A model generated the notes under the pieces. The model saw only the letters and a list, made by a program, of their open reading frames with translations. It searched no databases and had not been told where the DNA came from. A stretch of DNA of 64,000 bases from Geopsychrobacteraceae bacterium (lineage in GTDB: Bacteria > Desulfobacterota > Desulfuromonadia > Desulfuromonadales > Geopsychrobacteraceae), in NCBI GenBank assembly GCA_963662315.1, contig OY759353.1, positions 832,001 to 896,000 of the forward strand, written 5' to 3'. Of this stretch, positions 47,679 through 55,922 are shown piece after piece. Position numbers and translations under genes: made by a program. Position 1 is the first letter of the stretch. Each line of letters opens with the position of its first letter.

Positions 47679-48697
47679 TCCTTGGCTCCCCCCTTTTTGT
47701 GTTCAAGCTGTTTTCCGATCCGCGCAAGCTCCTCGATCTCCTCGGCATCGGCCTGTCTGGCCTCGGTCAGACGGCGATTTTCGTCGAAGGCGTTAAAGCG
47801 TTCGCGGGCAATGCGTTCCATGGTTTCGCGCGAAATGCTGCCAGCGTGGGTGAGCACGACCTTTTCGCTGAAGTCCAGAAGGCGGTCGACATTCTGCCGC
47901 CAGTAGTCGAGGGTGAGCTGCTTGCGCTCCTTCACCCGCAGTTCCGCTTGTTCCAGGAAGATAACCACCAGCCGGTTGAGGGTGTCCACTTCGTCAGCGC
48001 TGAGGTAGTTCTTGGCCACGATGACATCGTGCTTGCGCACCCGCGAGCCGCTCCAGTTGGTCAGTGCCATATTAGGGGCGCTGGAGTCGGCGCGGGAGAC
48101 GACGATCTCGGCGGCAGTCTGGTGAGTGACAGCAAACAGCAGCTTGTTCTGAGTTTCGGCAAAGAAAAGCTGCGCGGCACGGTCGTCGGAACGGTAGTCG
48201 GAACTGAGGGCAAAGAGGTCGCGCACCTTCTGATAAAAACGCTTCTCCGAGGCGCGGATTTCGCGGATGCGGGCCAGCAGCTCATCGAAGTAGTCCCAGC
48301 CGCCGGGGTTCTTGAGCCGCTCGTCATCCATGACGAAGCCTTTAACCAGGTACTCGGCCAGATGGGAGGTGGCCCACTGGCGGAACTGGGTGCCGCGCGG
48401 TGAGCGTACCCGATAGCCCACCGCCAAAATCATGTGCAGGTTGTAATACTTGGTCTGGTAACGTTTGCCGTCCTCTGCAGTTGTCAAGTATTCCTTGACA
48501 ACTGCAGAGGACGGCAACTCCCCTTCCTTGAGGATGTTCTTGATGTGCAGGCTGATGTTCTGCTTGGTGGTATCGAACAGCTCGGCCATCTCGCCCTGAT
48601 TGAGCCAGACAGTGCCGTCCAAGGTTTGCAACTGGACTTCCACCTGTCCATCCTCGGTACGGTAAACGATCAGTTCTCCTCTATCCGTCGTGCTCAT
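47675..48697 (-). CDS. RhuM family protein (second)
   Basis: TVWLNQGEMAELF, YYNLHMILAVGYRVRSPRGTQFRQWAT, IRASEKRFYQK and VAKNYL. Confidence 0.9.
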   Translation of the reverse strand: MSTTDRGELIVYRTEDGQVEVQLQTLDGTVWLNQGEMAELFDTTKQNISLHIKNILKEGELPSSAVVKEYLTTAEDGKRYQTKYYNLHMILAVGYRVRSPRGTQFRQWATSHLAEYLVKGFVMDDERLKNPGGWDYFDELLARIREIRASEKRFYQKVRDLFALSSDYRSDDRAAQLFFAETQNKLLFAVTHQTAAEIVVSRADSSAPNMALTNWSGSRVRKHDVIVAKNYLSADEVDTLNRLVVIFLEQAELRVKERKQLTLDYWRQNVDRLLDFSEKVVLTHAGSISRETMERIARERFNAFDENRRLTEARQADAEEIEELARIGKQLEHKKGGAKE

Positions 48698-48767
48698 GCC
48701 ATGCCCCCCCGGAGCCGGTCACGGAGAGAGCATATAAAGTGAATCAGGTGACTGCGACGCTTTCCGT

Positions 48768-48980
48768 TCATTGCTGCTTGTCCTTATTGCCAGATCCTAC
48801 ATTTCCGGTCGCGTGCGCTTTCATCCACAGATCGATCTCCTCCCGGTCGAAACGCCACTGGGTGCCGATCTTCGAAGCAGGTATTTCGCCGCGCTGGGCC
48901 ATACCGTAGAGCTTGGTCCGACTCATCTTAATGTAGCCCGCCAGTTCATCAATGGTCAGCCATTTGTCGATTTTATCCAT
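48768..48980 (-). CDS. Excisionase-like helix-turn-helix protein (HTH_17)
   Basis: WLTIDELAGYIKMSRTKLY..GEIPASKIG.QWRF; start ATG 48980 behind GGTGAGG. Confidence 0.85.
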   Translation of the reverse strand: MDKIDKWLTIDELAGYIKMSRTKLYGMAQRGEIPASKIGTQWRFDREEIDLWMKAHATGNVGSGNKDKQQ

Positions 48981-49150
48981 AACCTCACCGTTCGGAAGAG
49001 ATTCGTAGTGAAAATTTGATAAAGAAAGATAACCCTGACCACCCATAAAAGACAAGAATAAAACAGGAGATCTGGGTCAGTTGCGGGATTTTTCCGACAC
49101 ATCCAAACGCCACCCGGTAAGGAAGCAGGGAAGTAATCAAAATTCACAAC

Positions 49151-49378
49151 ATGAAACGAGCAACCATGGACATCAACGACCTGTTTGACGGAATCATGAA
49201 GAGTATCAACCATTTTGCCTTTGATGCCGCCGAGCAGCGGTTGCAGGAAAAAATGCAAGACACCGGACGAGGTCCGGAGAATGGGGGGAAGAATGCAGAG
49301 AATTTTGAGACGAAAGAGAAGCGGGGTGTGACGGGAATCGCCTTCTACACCGAGAACATCCTGCTCTCGCCTGCGTAG
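49151..49378 (+). CDS. Small hypothetical protein
   Basis: 75-aa ORF divergent from the HTH gene; no recognisable motif. Confidence 0.3.
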   Translation: MKRATMDINDLFDGIMKSINHFAFDAAEQRLQEKMQDTGRGPENGGKNAENFETKEKRGVTGIAFYTENILLSPA

Positions 49379-49478
49379 GCTCCCCTCCGCTCGCTGACGC
49401 GGCCATCCATGGCCGATTTTCTGACATTTAGTCAGCGCTCGCTCCGCTTCGATTCCCGAAACAGCTTCTAGCAAATAG

Positions 49479-49508
49479 AAAGCCACCCTGAATCAGGATG
49501 GCTTTTTT
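49479..49508. terminator. Hairpin downstream of tmRNA
   Basis: AAAGCCACCCTG-AAT-CAGGATGGCTTT. Confidence 0.7.
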
Positions 49509-49511
49509 ATT

Positions 49512-49863
49512 TGGTGGAGGTGGCGGGAATCGAACCCGCGTCCGAAAGCTTTCCACGTAAAGCTTCTACATGCTTAGTCTGCATATTAATTTAACCGGAG
49601 GAAGCTCCCACAGACAGGATATTCAACCGGCGAGTCTTTTTAGAGTTTCGCCTTTTAGCCAAAGACTTGCTATCGGACTAGCCTGCTCATTTAACGTCTC
49701 GACACTCACACAGGCGATGAGTGCAAAGACGTAGCAGCATTAAGCTGCTAATGCGTAACTAACGTCAGAGTCTGCGTTTAGTTAAGTTGGGCTTTGTTAC
49801 GGAGCCAGCCCACTCCGGCATGCGACTTTCGTTTCCGTCCCCCGTCGAAACCTTGACACCCCC
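49512..49863 (-). ncRNA. ssrA: tmRNA
   Basis: 5' GGGGGTG pairs with 3' CACCTCC-ACCA including G3:U; T-arm GCGGGTTCGATTCCCGC; tag ORF ADSDVSYALAA* at 49775-49740; directly downstream of smpB. Confidence 0.97.
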
Positions 49864-49944
49864 AAATCTTATTTTTGTTTTAAAGTTAACTAGTTTTAGT
49901 TGATTTCTTCAAGTATTATCACACAAAAAAACAATACTTGCAAA

Positions 49945-50400
49945 CTATCTTGAGGAATTCTTCATTGCTTTGGCCATTTCGCGGTCGGCCTCTTTACGCT
50001 TTAAACTCTCGCGTTTATCGTGGAGCTTTTTACCACGTCCCAGACCAAGTTCCAACTTGATAAAATTCTTTTTGAAATAAATTTTCGTTGGAATCAGAGC
50101 CAAACCTTTTTGCTCGGTTTGACGGATCAGCTTATCAATCTCGGCATGATGCAACAGCAGCTTACGCATGCGGGTCGGATCGTGGTTTTCACGATTACCG
50201 AACTCATACTCAGAGATATTCATATTATTGATAAAAACTTCACCGTCTTTAATGCGACAGAACGATTCCTTGAGGTTAATCTTCCCGGCCCTGACCGATT
50301 TTACCTCGGTTCCGGTCAGAGCAATGCCGGCCTCATAGGTTTCTTCGATAAAGTAATCGTGATATGCCTTCTTATTGGTGGCAATTATTTTGATACCCAT
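49945..50400 (-). CDS. smpB: SsrA-binding protein
   Basis: [27 protein letters not shown] and GKKLHDKR. Confidence 0.98.
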   Translation of the reverse strand: MGIKIIATNKKAYHDYFIEETYEAGIALTGTEVKSVRAGKINLKESFCRIKDGEVFINNMNISEYEFGNRENHDPTRMRKLLLHHAEIDKLIRQTEQKGLALIPTKIYFKKNFIKLELGLGRGKKLHDKRESLKRKEADREMAKAMKNSSR

Positions 50401-50420
50401 ATTCTGGTAACTTTCCTGAT

Positions 50421-50864
50421 TCAGGATTCAACAGCAACGATTTTAGGCATATAGTTTTCTTTTTTCATTTTTCGGGTAAAAAAGCGAATTCCAAGAAAAC
50501 TGACCACCAGACAAATCGAACCAAGAAGAGCAGACAGCAATGACGAATCAAAAGATTCGCTCCCCTCACCTATTTGCTGGCCAATAATCGCACCAATAAG
50601 TAAAGCAACAACCGGAACGATATACAGCATAAATGACGACATGAGAAAATTCTGTGTTGTCGTTACAACCTTAACCCGGTCATGCAGCTTACCACCAGCA
50701 ACGTTCAGTGCCTCAACCAGCATAATTTCTTTATCATCACCCATTTTGCAGGCATCGACAGACGGACAATGGTCACAGGCACTACTGCGCCCACACTCGA
50801 CAGCAACGATATTATCCGCTTTAATTTCTACTATGGTTCCGTGTTCTTCAATCATATCTTTCAT
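50421..50864 (-). CDS. RseC/MucC family protein
   Basis: SACDHC....AC Cys motif and two TM helices. Confidence 0.82.
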   Translation of the reverse strand: MKDMIEEHGTIVEIKADNIVAVECGRSSACDHCPSVDACKMGDDKEIMLVEALNVAGGKLHDRVKVVTTTQNFLMSSFMLYIVPVVALLIGAIIGQQIGEGSESFDSSLLSALLGSICLVVSFLGIRFFTRKMKKENYMPKIVAVES

Positions 50865-50929
50865 TTCTCACTAGCTTCAAACCGTAAACGAGGATTTTTT
50901 TCGAAAAGATCCGCTTTCCGGCTGAAAAA

Positions 50930-52192
50930 TCAGATTGCCTGTTCCTCACCATCCATAAAAACATGGACAATATCACCACTGCAACCCGGCGCTACAAAAT
51001 AATCGAAAACCTCGGCCTTCGCAACAATTGATTTCGGAGCAAGAATTTGGAAGTCCGCAATTTTACCAGGTTCCAGGCTGCCATAATCAGCAGCCATGCC
51101 CAACACGTCGGCTCCGGACAAGGAAGCCAGATAAAAAAGTGTCGGCGCATCCAGATCCCCGCCAAACCAACTATGAGCGAAGGCCATCTCATCCCAGATC
51201 GACAGGCTGTCACAACTGGCGAGGCTATCCGTTCCCAACGCAAGACGAACACCGGAGTCCAACAATTTTCCGGCAGGCGCTTTTCCGACCTTTAACAGGC
51301 TGTTGGAACGTGGGCATAAAGCGATAGTCATACGCTTACTGGCCAGCAAGTCAATTTCTTCATCATTAAGCTGCACGCCATGTACCAGAAGATTTTGCGG
51401 AAATAACCCGCCGACCTGCTCCAGATAGACCACCGGCCGTAAACCACAGCCATCAGGAACGTTATCTTGCCACCCTATAGCAGGGTAAAATTTTTCTGCA
51501 AACAAACCACTGCCATCGGCAACAAAGGCGGTCTCTTCCACCGACTCGGCCAGATGCGTAGCACAGAACAATTGCTGCTCTTGGCAATACCGATAAACCT
51601 TCTGCATATAACTGCGGCTGATCGTATAAGGAGAATGAGGAGAAAGACCCTTAACAAGGTTCCCAGAGAAGTCTTGAGCCAGAAGACCTTTAAACTTGTC
51701 GAAAACCTGCTCAGTCAACACCGGATCATGTCCGAGAGTTTCTAAATACAGGCGTCCGCGAATACTGGTACTTTCATAGTCAGCAACACCTGGATGATAG
51801 GTGAGGATATCCCCGATCAGACCAGTACCAGCGGCAAGGGATTGTTTAAACCCGTTAGCGATTGAGCGATGAAAATCAGCACCTTCCAGTTGTCTCTTCA
51901 CCCGGACTAAACGCAGAATCCACTCAACAAAATCCTCGGGTTCGACAGTCTCCTGAACTCGTTCCGCCCACAGCGGAAAATCGGTTAAATCCAGGTGGGT
52001 ATGGGCATTGACCAAGAGGGGCGCCATAACCGATTCACCAAAATCGACGACTTCGGCGTCGCCGTGCTCAGCAACCAGTTCTATAAAGCTGCCAACAGCA
52101 AGAATCCTGGGTCCCTGAACCAGCAACGCCCCGTCATCAAGTGGCGGAGCGTTGCCAGAAACCAACAAACGAACACGGTAGAGCTTTTTCAT
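50930..52192 (-). CDS. Amidohydrolase family protein (deaminase-like)
   Basis: NAHTHL, SPHSPY, THLAES, VHGV, CPRSN and GTDS. Confidence 0.88.
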   Translation of the reverse strand: MKKLYRVRLLVSGNAPPLDDGALLVQGPRILAVGSFIELVAEHGDAEVVDFGESVMAPLLVNAHTHLDLTDFPLWAERVQETVEPEDFVEWILRLVRVKRQLEGADFHRSIANGFKQSLAAGTGLIGDILTYHPGVADYESTSIRGRLYLETLGHDPVLTEQVFDKFKGLLAQDFSGNLVKGLSPHSPYTISRSYMQKVYRYCQEQQLFCATHLAESVEETAFVADGSGLFAEKFYPAIGWQDNVPDGCGLRPVVYLEQVGGLFPQNLLVHGVQLNDEEIDLLASKRMTIALCPRSNSLLKVGKAPAGKLLDSGVRLALGTDSLASCDSLSIWDEMAFAHSWFGGDLDAPTLFYLASLSGADVLGMAADYGSLEPGKIADFQILAPKSIVAKAEVFDYFVAPGCSGDIVHVFMDGEEQAI

Positions 52193-52195
52193 CGG

Positions 52196-53836
52196 CTATC
52201 CGGCATGAGCAATTAATTCCCTTATGGTCTTAAGATACTGCTGAACTTCTGGCTCCTGTTCCACTATAGCACATTGCTCGGCAAGTACGGACTTCAGGAT
52301 GTCTTCTGTGGTTAAGGGATTGGCCAAAACGGATCTGAACACCGTAATCTGATCCCGGCCGTAGCGGGCACAGCGTAGACGCGTGCGCGAAACAAAGGTT
52401 TTCCCCACTTCGCGCTGGACTTTCTGAACCAGTTGCACAATCTGGTCGAGCTGCTGATTGACCTTCAACAACGTTTCCTTATCCAGTCTGAGCAATTGAT
52501 CTTCTAACCATTGGGGACAATAACGATAGGTCAGGATATTCAATTCTGGCGCTGAAATGAGCTCAAAATCAGGGTGCTGCTTAATCAGTTCAGCAAACTG
52601 GTTGGCCTTTTCGATACCCAGGTCGATCAACAGTTCATACCCCTTGCGCCCGATAATTGACAAACCGGCATGAACCAGTAAAGCCTTACCTGGGCGGGAG
52701 CCTTCTAAAGTATGACTGCCCAGGTCTTTGGAACCATGACGCAAGATATAGTTTGCATGGTGCTCAATAGAATTGAGCGCATGAGGATCTTTAAACAGCA
52801 CCATACCTGCCCCCATAGGGACATAGAGCTGTTTATGGGCGTCAATCGTAACGGAATCTGCACGCTCAATCCCGGACAGCAGCTGGCGATGCGTGTCAGA
52901 AAAGAGCGTCGGTCCACCCCAGGCAGCGTCAACATGAAAATGGCAACCGATCTTCTCGGCAAAATCGGCCAGGGCATTCAGAGGATCGACATTCCCGGTT
53001 TCGGTCGTTCCGGCAATCCCCAGCACTGCCAGTGGCCTGATATTATTATCCTGCAATTTCTGATGCTCTTCGCGCAGGTGCTTAAGATCAATGCGATTGT
53101 TCTCATCGGTATCGATAAGAATCAGGTTGTCGCGGCCTATCCCCAAAACATCAGCGGCTTTACCAAGAGAATAGTGAGCACGTCGGGAAGCAAGAATGGC
53201 CAATCCTTCGCAGTTCAGGTACTTAAGAGCTTTAAAAAGCCCCTCCTGAGCGATTCCGCCAAAATCAGCGGTCGGCTTAAACAAGGTATTACGCGCCACC
53301 CACAAAGCCGTGGTATTGGCGATGGTACCACCAGAACAGAACGCACCCAAGGCATGGATACTGTCATGAATATAGTAATTATAAAATTCGTCATCACCTG
53401 AATAAATAAGCCGATGCAACATGGCCAGAACCTGACGCTCCAATGGTGTAAAAGCTTTGGACGTTTCAACCTTGACGAGGTTCTGGTTGAGGGCGGTCAT
53501 AATGCGTGACAGGGGCAGCATAAAATAAGGCAGGGCTGAAGTCATGTGCCCGACAAAACCGGGGGCCGCAGTATGCACCGACTGGGCGACAAGTTTATCT
53601 TTTACAAATTGAGTATATTGGGAAACAAACGTCGGGTCTTCCGGAATGGCCGAGTCGGAAAAATCTTTTTCAATTTCTTCGAGACTATATTCCTGAGCGA
53701 CAATATGTTTCTGCAAAAACTCGGCGACATTGTCACTGATCGCCTGATCGATCTTTCCCAAGGTTGAATCGGGAGCCTCAGGAACAGTAAAGATCCGGTA
53801 CAGAGTCTTTAAATTGGCTAGCGCTGTTTCAGTCAT
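52196..53836 (-). CDS. panP: PLP-dependent aspartate 1-decarboxylase
   Basis: FVGHMTSALP, NQNLVKVETSK, CSGGTIAN, HVDAAWGG and DAHKQLY; coupled to panC. Confidence 0.9.
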   Translation of the reverse strand: MTETALANLKTLYRIFTVPEAPDSTLGKIDQAISDNVAEFLQKHIVAQEYSLEEIEKDFSDSAIPEDPTFVSQYTQFVKDKLVAQSVHTAAPGFVGHMTSALPYFMLPLSRIMTALNQNLVKVETSKAFTPLERQVLAMLHRLIYSGDDEFYNYYIHDSIHALGAFCSGGTIANTTALWVARNTLFKPTADFGGIAQEGLFKALKYLNCEGLAILASRRAHYSLGKAADVLGIGRDNLILIDTDENNRIDLKHLREEHQKLQDNNIRPLAVLGIAGTTETGNVDPLNALADFAEKIGCHFHVDAAWGGPTLFSDTHRQLLSGIERADSVTIDAHKQLYVPMGAGMVLFKDPHALNSIEHHANYILRHGSKDLGSHTLEGSRPGKALLVHAGLSIIGRKGYELLIDLGIEKANQFAELIKQHPDFELISAPELNILTYRYCPQWLEDQLLRLDKETLLKVNQQLDQIVQLVQKVQREVGKTFVSRTRLRCARYGRDQITVFRSVLANPLTTEDILKSVLAEQCAIVEQEPEVQQYLKTIRELIAHAG

Positions 53837-54684
53837 CAGGCCACCACCAGATAGCCATTATCAATCAATCGCGTTGTCCCGAATCGAACCGCCATCAGCA
53901 GTACAGAATCCTTATCAACGCTCTGTTGATCTTCCAGTGTCAGTTGATGACAGATCTTAACATAATCGACAACCGCTTCAGGTTGAGCAGAAATTTTCCG
54001 GATTAAGGCGCCGATCAGATCGGCGCAGTTGGTATTGCCAACAGCAACCAGTTCACGCGCGTCAGCCAGGGCCTGGGAGAGGCCCAGAGCCTGCTGCCGC
54101 TGTCCGGCATTCAGATAGACGTTGCGCGAGCTCATCGCGAGTCCGTCCGCCTCTCGGAAAATCGGCATACCGATGATTTCAACCGGCAGATTCAGATCTG
54201 CAACCATGCGTCGGATCACGGCCAGCTGTTGAAAGTCTTTATTGCCAAAGAAGGCTTTATGCGGTTGCACCAGATTAAATAATTTACTGACGACCGTACA
54301 AACCCCACGGAAATGGCCGGGTCGGCTGGCCCCACACAAAGTTTCGGTTATCCCTTCAACGTTGACATAGGTGGCATAACCTGACGGGTACATTTCTGCT
54401 GCAGTCGGGGCAAAAATAACATCAACACCGGCATCCTTTGCCACTTCACTGTCACGCTCAAGGTCACGCGGATAATCTTCAAAATCTTCCCCCTGCCCAA
54501 ACTGGGTCGGGTTGACAAAAATAGACAGGACCAGAAGATCCCCCTGCTTACGTCCTTCATGCAATAAAGACGAATGACCATCGTGCAGATAACCCATGGT
54601 GGGAACGAAACAGATTGTTTTGCCGTTGCTTCGGGCCTGTTTGCTCCAGGTCTGCATTTCAGCGGTTGTCTGAATAATTTTCAT
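53836..54684 (-). CDS. panC: Pantoate--beta-alanine ligase
   Basis: [35 protein letters not shown] and RLIDN. Confidence 0.97.
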   Translation of the reverse strand: MKIIQTTAEMQTWSKQARSNGKTICFVPTMGYLHDGHSSLLHEGRKQGDLLVLSIFVNPTQFGQGEDFEDYPRDLERDSEVAKDAGVDVIFAPTAAEMYPSGYATYVNVEGITETLCGASRPGHFRGVCTVVSKLFNLVQPHKAFFGNKDFQQLAVIRRMVADLNLPVEIIGMPIFREADGLAMSSRNVYLNAGQRQQALGLSQALADARELVAVGNTNCADLIGALIRKISAQPEAVVDYVKICHQLTLEDQQSVDKDSVLLMAVRFGTTRLIDNGYLVVA

Positions 54685-54699
54685 AATAATGGCCCCTTT

Positions 54700-55503
54700 T
54701 TATTTAAAAGAATGCTCAGGGCCAGGAAACTGACCTTCTTTGACTTCGGAAATATACTGTTCAATCCCTTTGCTGATCGTGTCATGAACATCGGCAAAGC
54801 GCTTAACAAATTTTGGTGAATATTTATCACACAGACCGAGAATATCGTGAATGACCAAAACCTGACCGTCACAGTCGGGTCCGGCACCGATACCTATCGT
54901 TGGAATGGTTAGCTGACTTGAAATCTCACGCGCCAGTTCGGCCGGTATTGCCTCAAGAACAACAGCAAAAGCACCTGCTTCTTCAACAGCTTTGGCATCG
55001 GCAATAATTTTTCGCATCTGGCCGTCTTGGCGCCCCTGAACCCTGAACCCGCCCATGCGATGTACAGACTGCGGGGTCAGTCCAATGTGACCACATACCG
55101 GAACATCCATAGTAACAATCGCCCTGATGGTATCAGCGATGTTTTCTCCGCCTTCAAGCTTAACGGCCTGGGCTCCAGCCTCTTTGACCAGACGACCGGC
55201 ATTCAAGCGGGCATCACGCAAATCGATCTGATAGGAGAGAAACGGCATATCAGCAATAATGAGTGCCTGCTGACATCCGCGCGCAACGGCTCGGGTATGG
55301 TAAACCATTTCATCCATCGTCACCGGCAGGGTATTGTCATAACCAGAGAAAACCGAGCCGACAGAATCTCCAACCAGAATCATGTCGATGCCGGCATTAT
55401 CCATCATTTTCGCAAACGGGTAATCATAAGCAGTCAGGACACTGATCTTCTCCCCCTGCTCTTTCATTTGTGCGATATCCAAAATTGTTCTGCGCTTAGT
55501 CAC
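54700..55503 (-). CDS. panB: 3-methyl-2-oxobutanoate hydroxymethyltransferase
   Basis: LTAYD, LVGDS, ADMPF, VKLEGG, HIGLTPQ and IGIGAG. Confidence 0.97.
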   Translation of the reverse strand: MTKRRTILDIAQMKEQGEKISVLTAYDYPFAKMMDNAGIDMILVGDSVGSVFSGYDNTLPVTMDEMVYHTRAVARGCQQALIIADMPFLSYQIDLRDARLNAGRLVKEAGAQAVKLEGGENIADTIRAIVTMDVPVCGHIGLTPQSVHRMGGFRVQGRQDGQMRKIIADAKAVEEAGAFAVVLEAIPAELAREISSQLTIPTIGIGAGPDCDGQVLVIHDILGLCDKYSPKFVKRFADVHDTISKGIEQYISEVKEGQFPGPEHSFK

Positions 55504-55524
55504 GATAAAAGCCTCGCTAAAAAC

Positions 55525-55553
55525 AAAAAAAGCCCTTCGTCATAACGAAAGGC
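55525..55553 (-). terminator. Attenuator terminator in the panB leader
   Basis: Minus strand GCCTTTCGT-TATG-ACGAAGGGC-TTTTTTT, about 20 nt before the panB start. Confidence 0.8.
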
Positions 55554-55558
55554 ATACG

Positions 55559-55636
55559 TCGAGACCAACACACAAGTGGCCTCTGTTCCGATTATCTCTG
55601 CACCTTCCGTCCCGGTCATTACTGATCCAGGCGGTG
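55559..55636 (-). ncRNA. pan RNA motif-like cis-regulatory leader
   Basis: Two tandem hairpins (CCGCCTGGATCA..TGACCGGGACGG and GAGGCCA..TGGTCTC) directly before the terminator upstream of panB. Confidence 0.65.
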
Positions 55637-55922
55637 TAAAATCGTCAGGCCTGCAGCAACGGGCCGTGAAAATTTCACCGGATCTATGTTGTCAACTTTT
55701 CACGCACCGGAATAATGCGACCATACGACTCCAGTCAGTGTACCGGGTCAGTCTTATTATCCGTATGAAAAGCGAAAACCGGTATAGCACAGGAACCTGC
55801 CTCAGTCTACATTTTTTGACTAAGAGGAATTGACCAGGCAATAAGTGGTAAGCAGCAGAAATATCAGGTAAAAGATGCGGAGAGCTGATGTCGCTCTCCG
55901 CATTTGTCATAAACGGGTAAGA

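Larger units (their letters stand above)
41920..49464. mobile_element. Decayed genomic island next to the tmRNA 3' end
   Basis: TTCCCGAAACAG direct repeat at 41920-41931 and 49453-49464; visibly GC-richer codons; RhuM/Fic/RM/HTH cargo; several pseudogenes; no integrase. Confidence 0.65.

Noticed and set aside
48956..49486. 176-aa minus-strand ORF as a possible integrase remnant
   Set aside because: No tyrosine- or serine-recombinase motifs; composition is not protein-like
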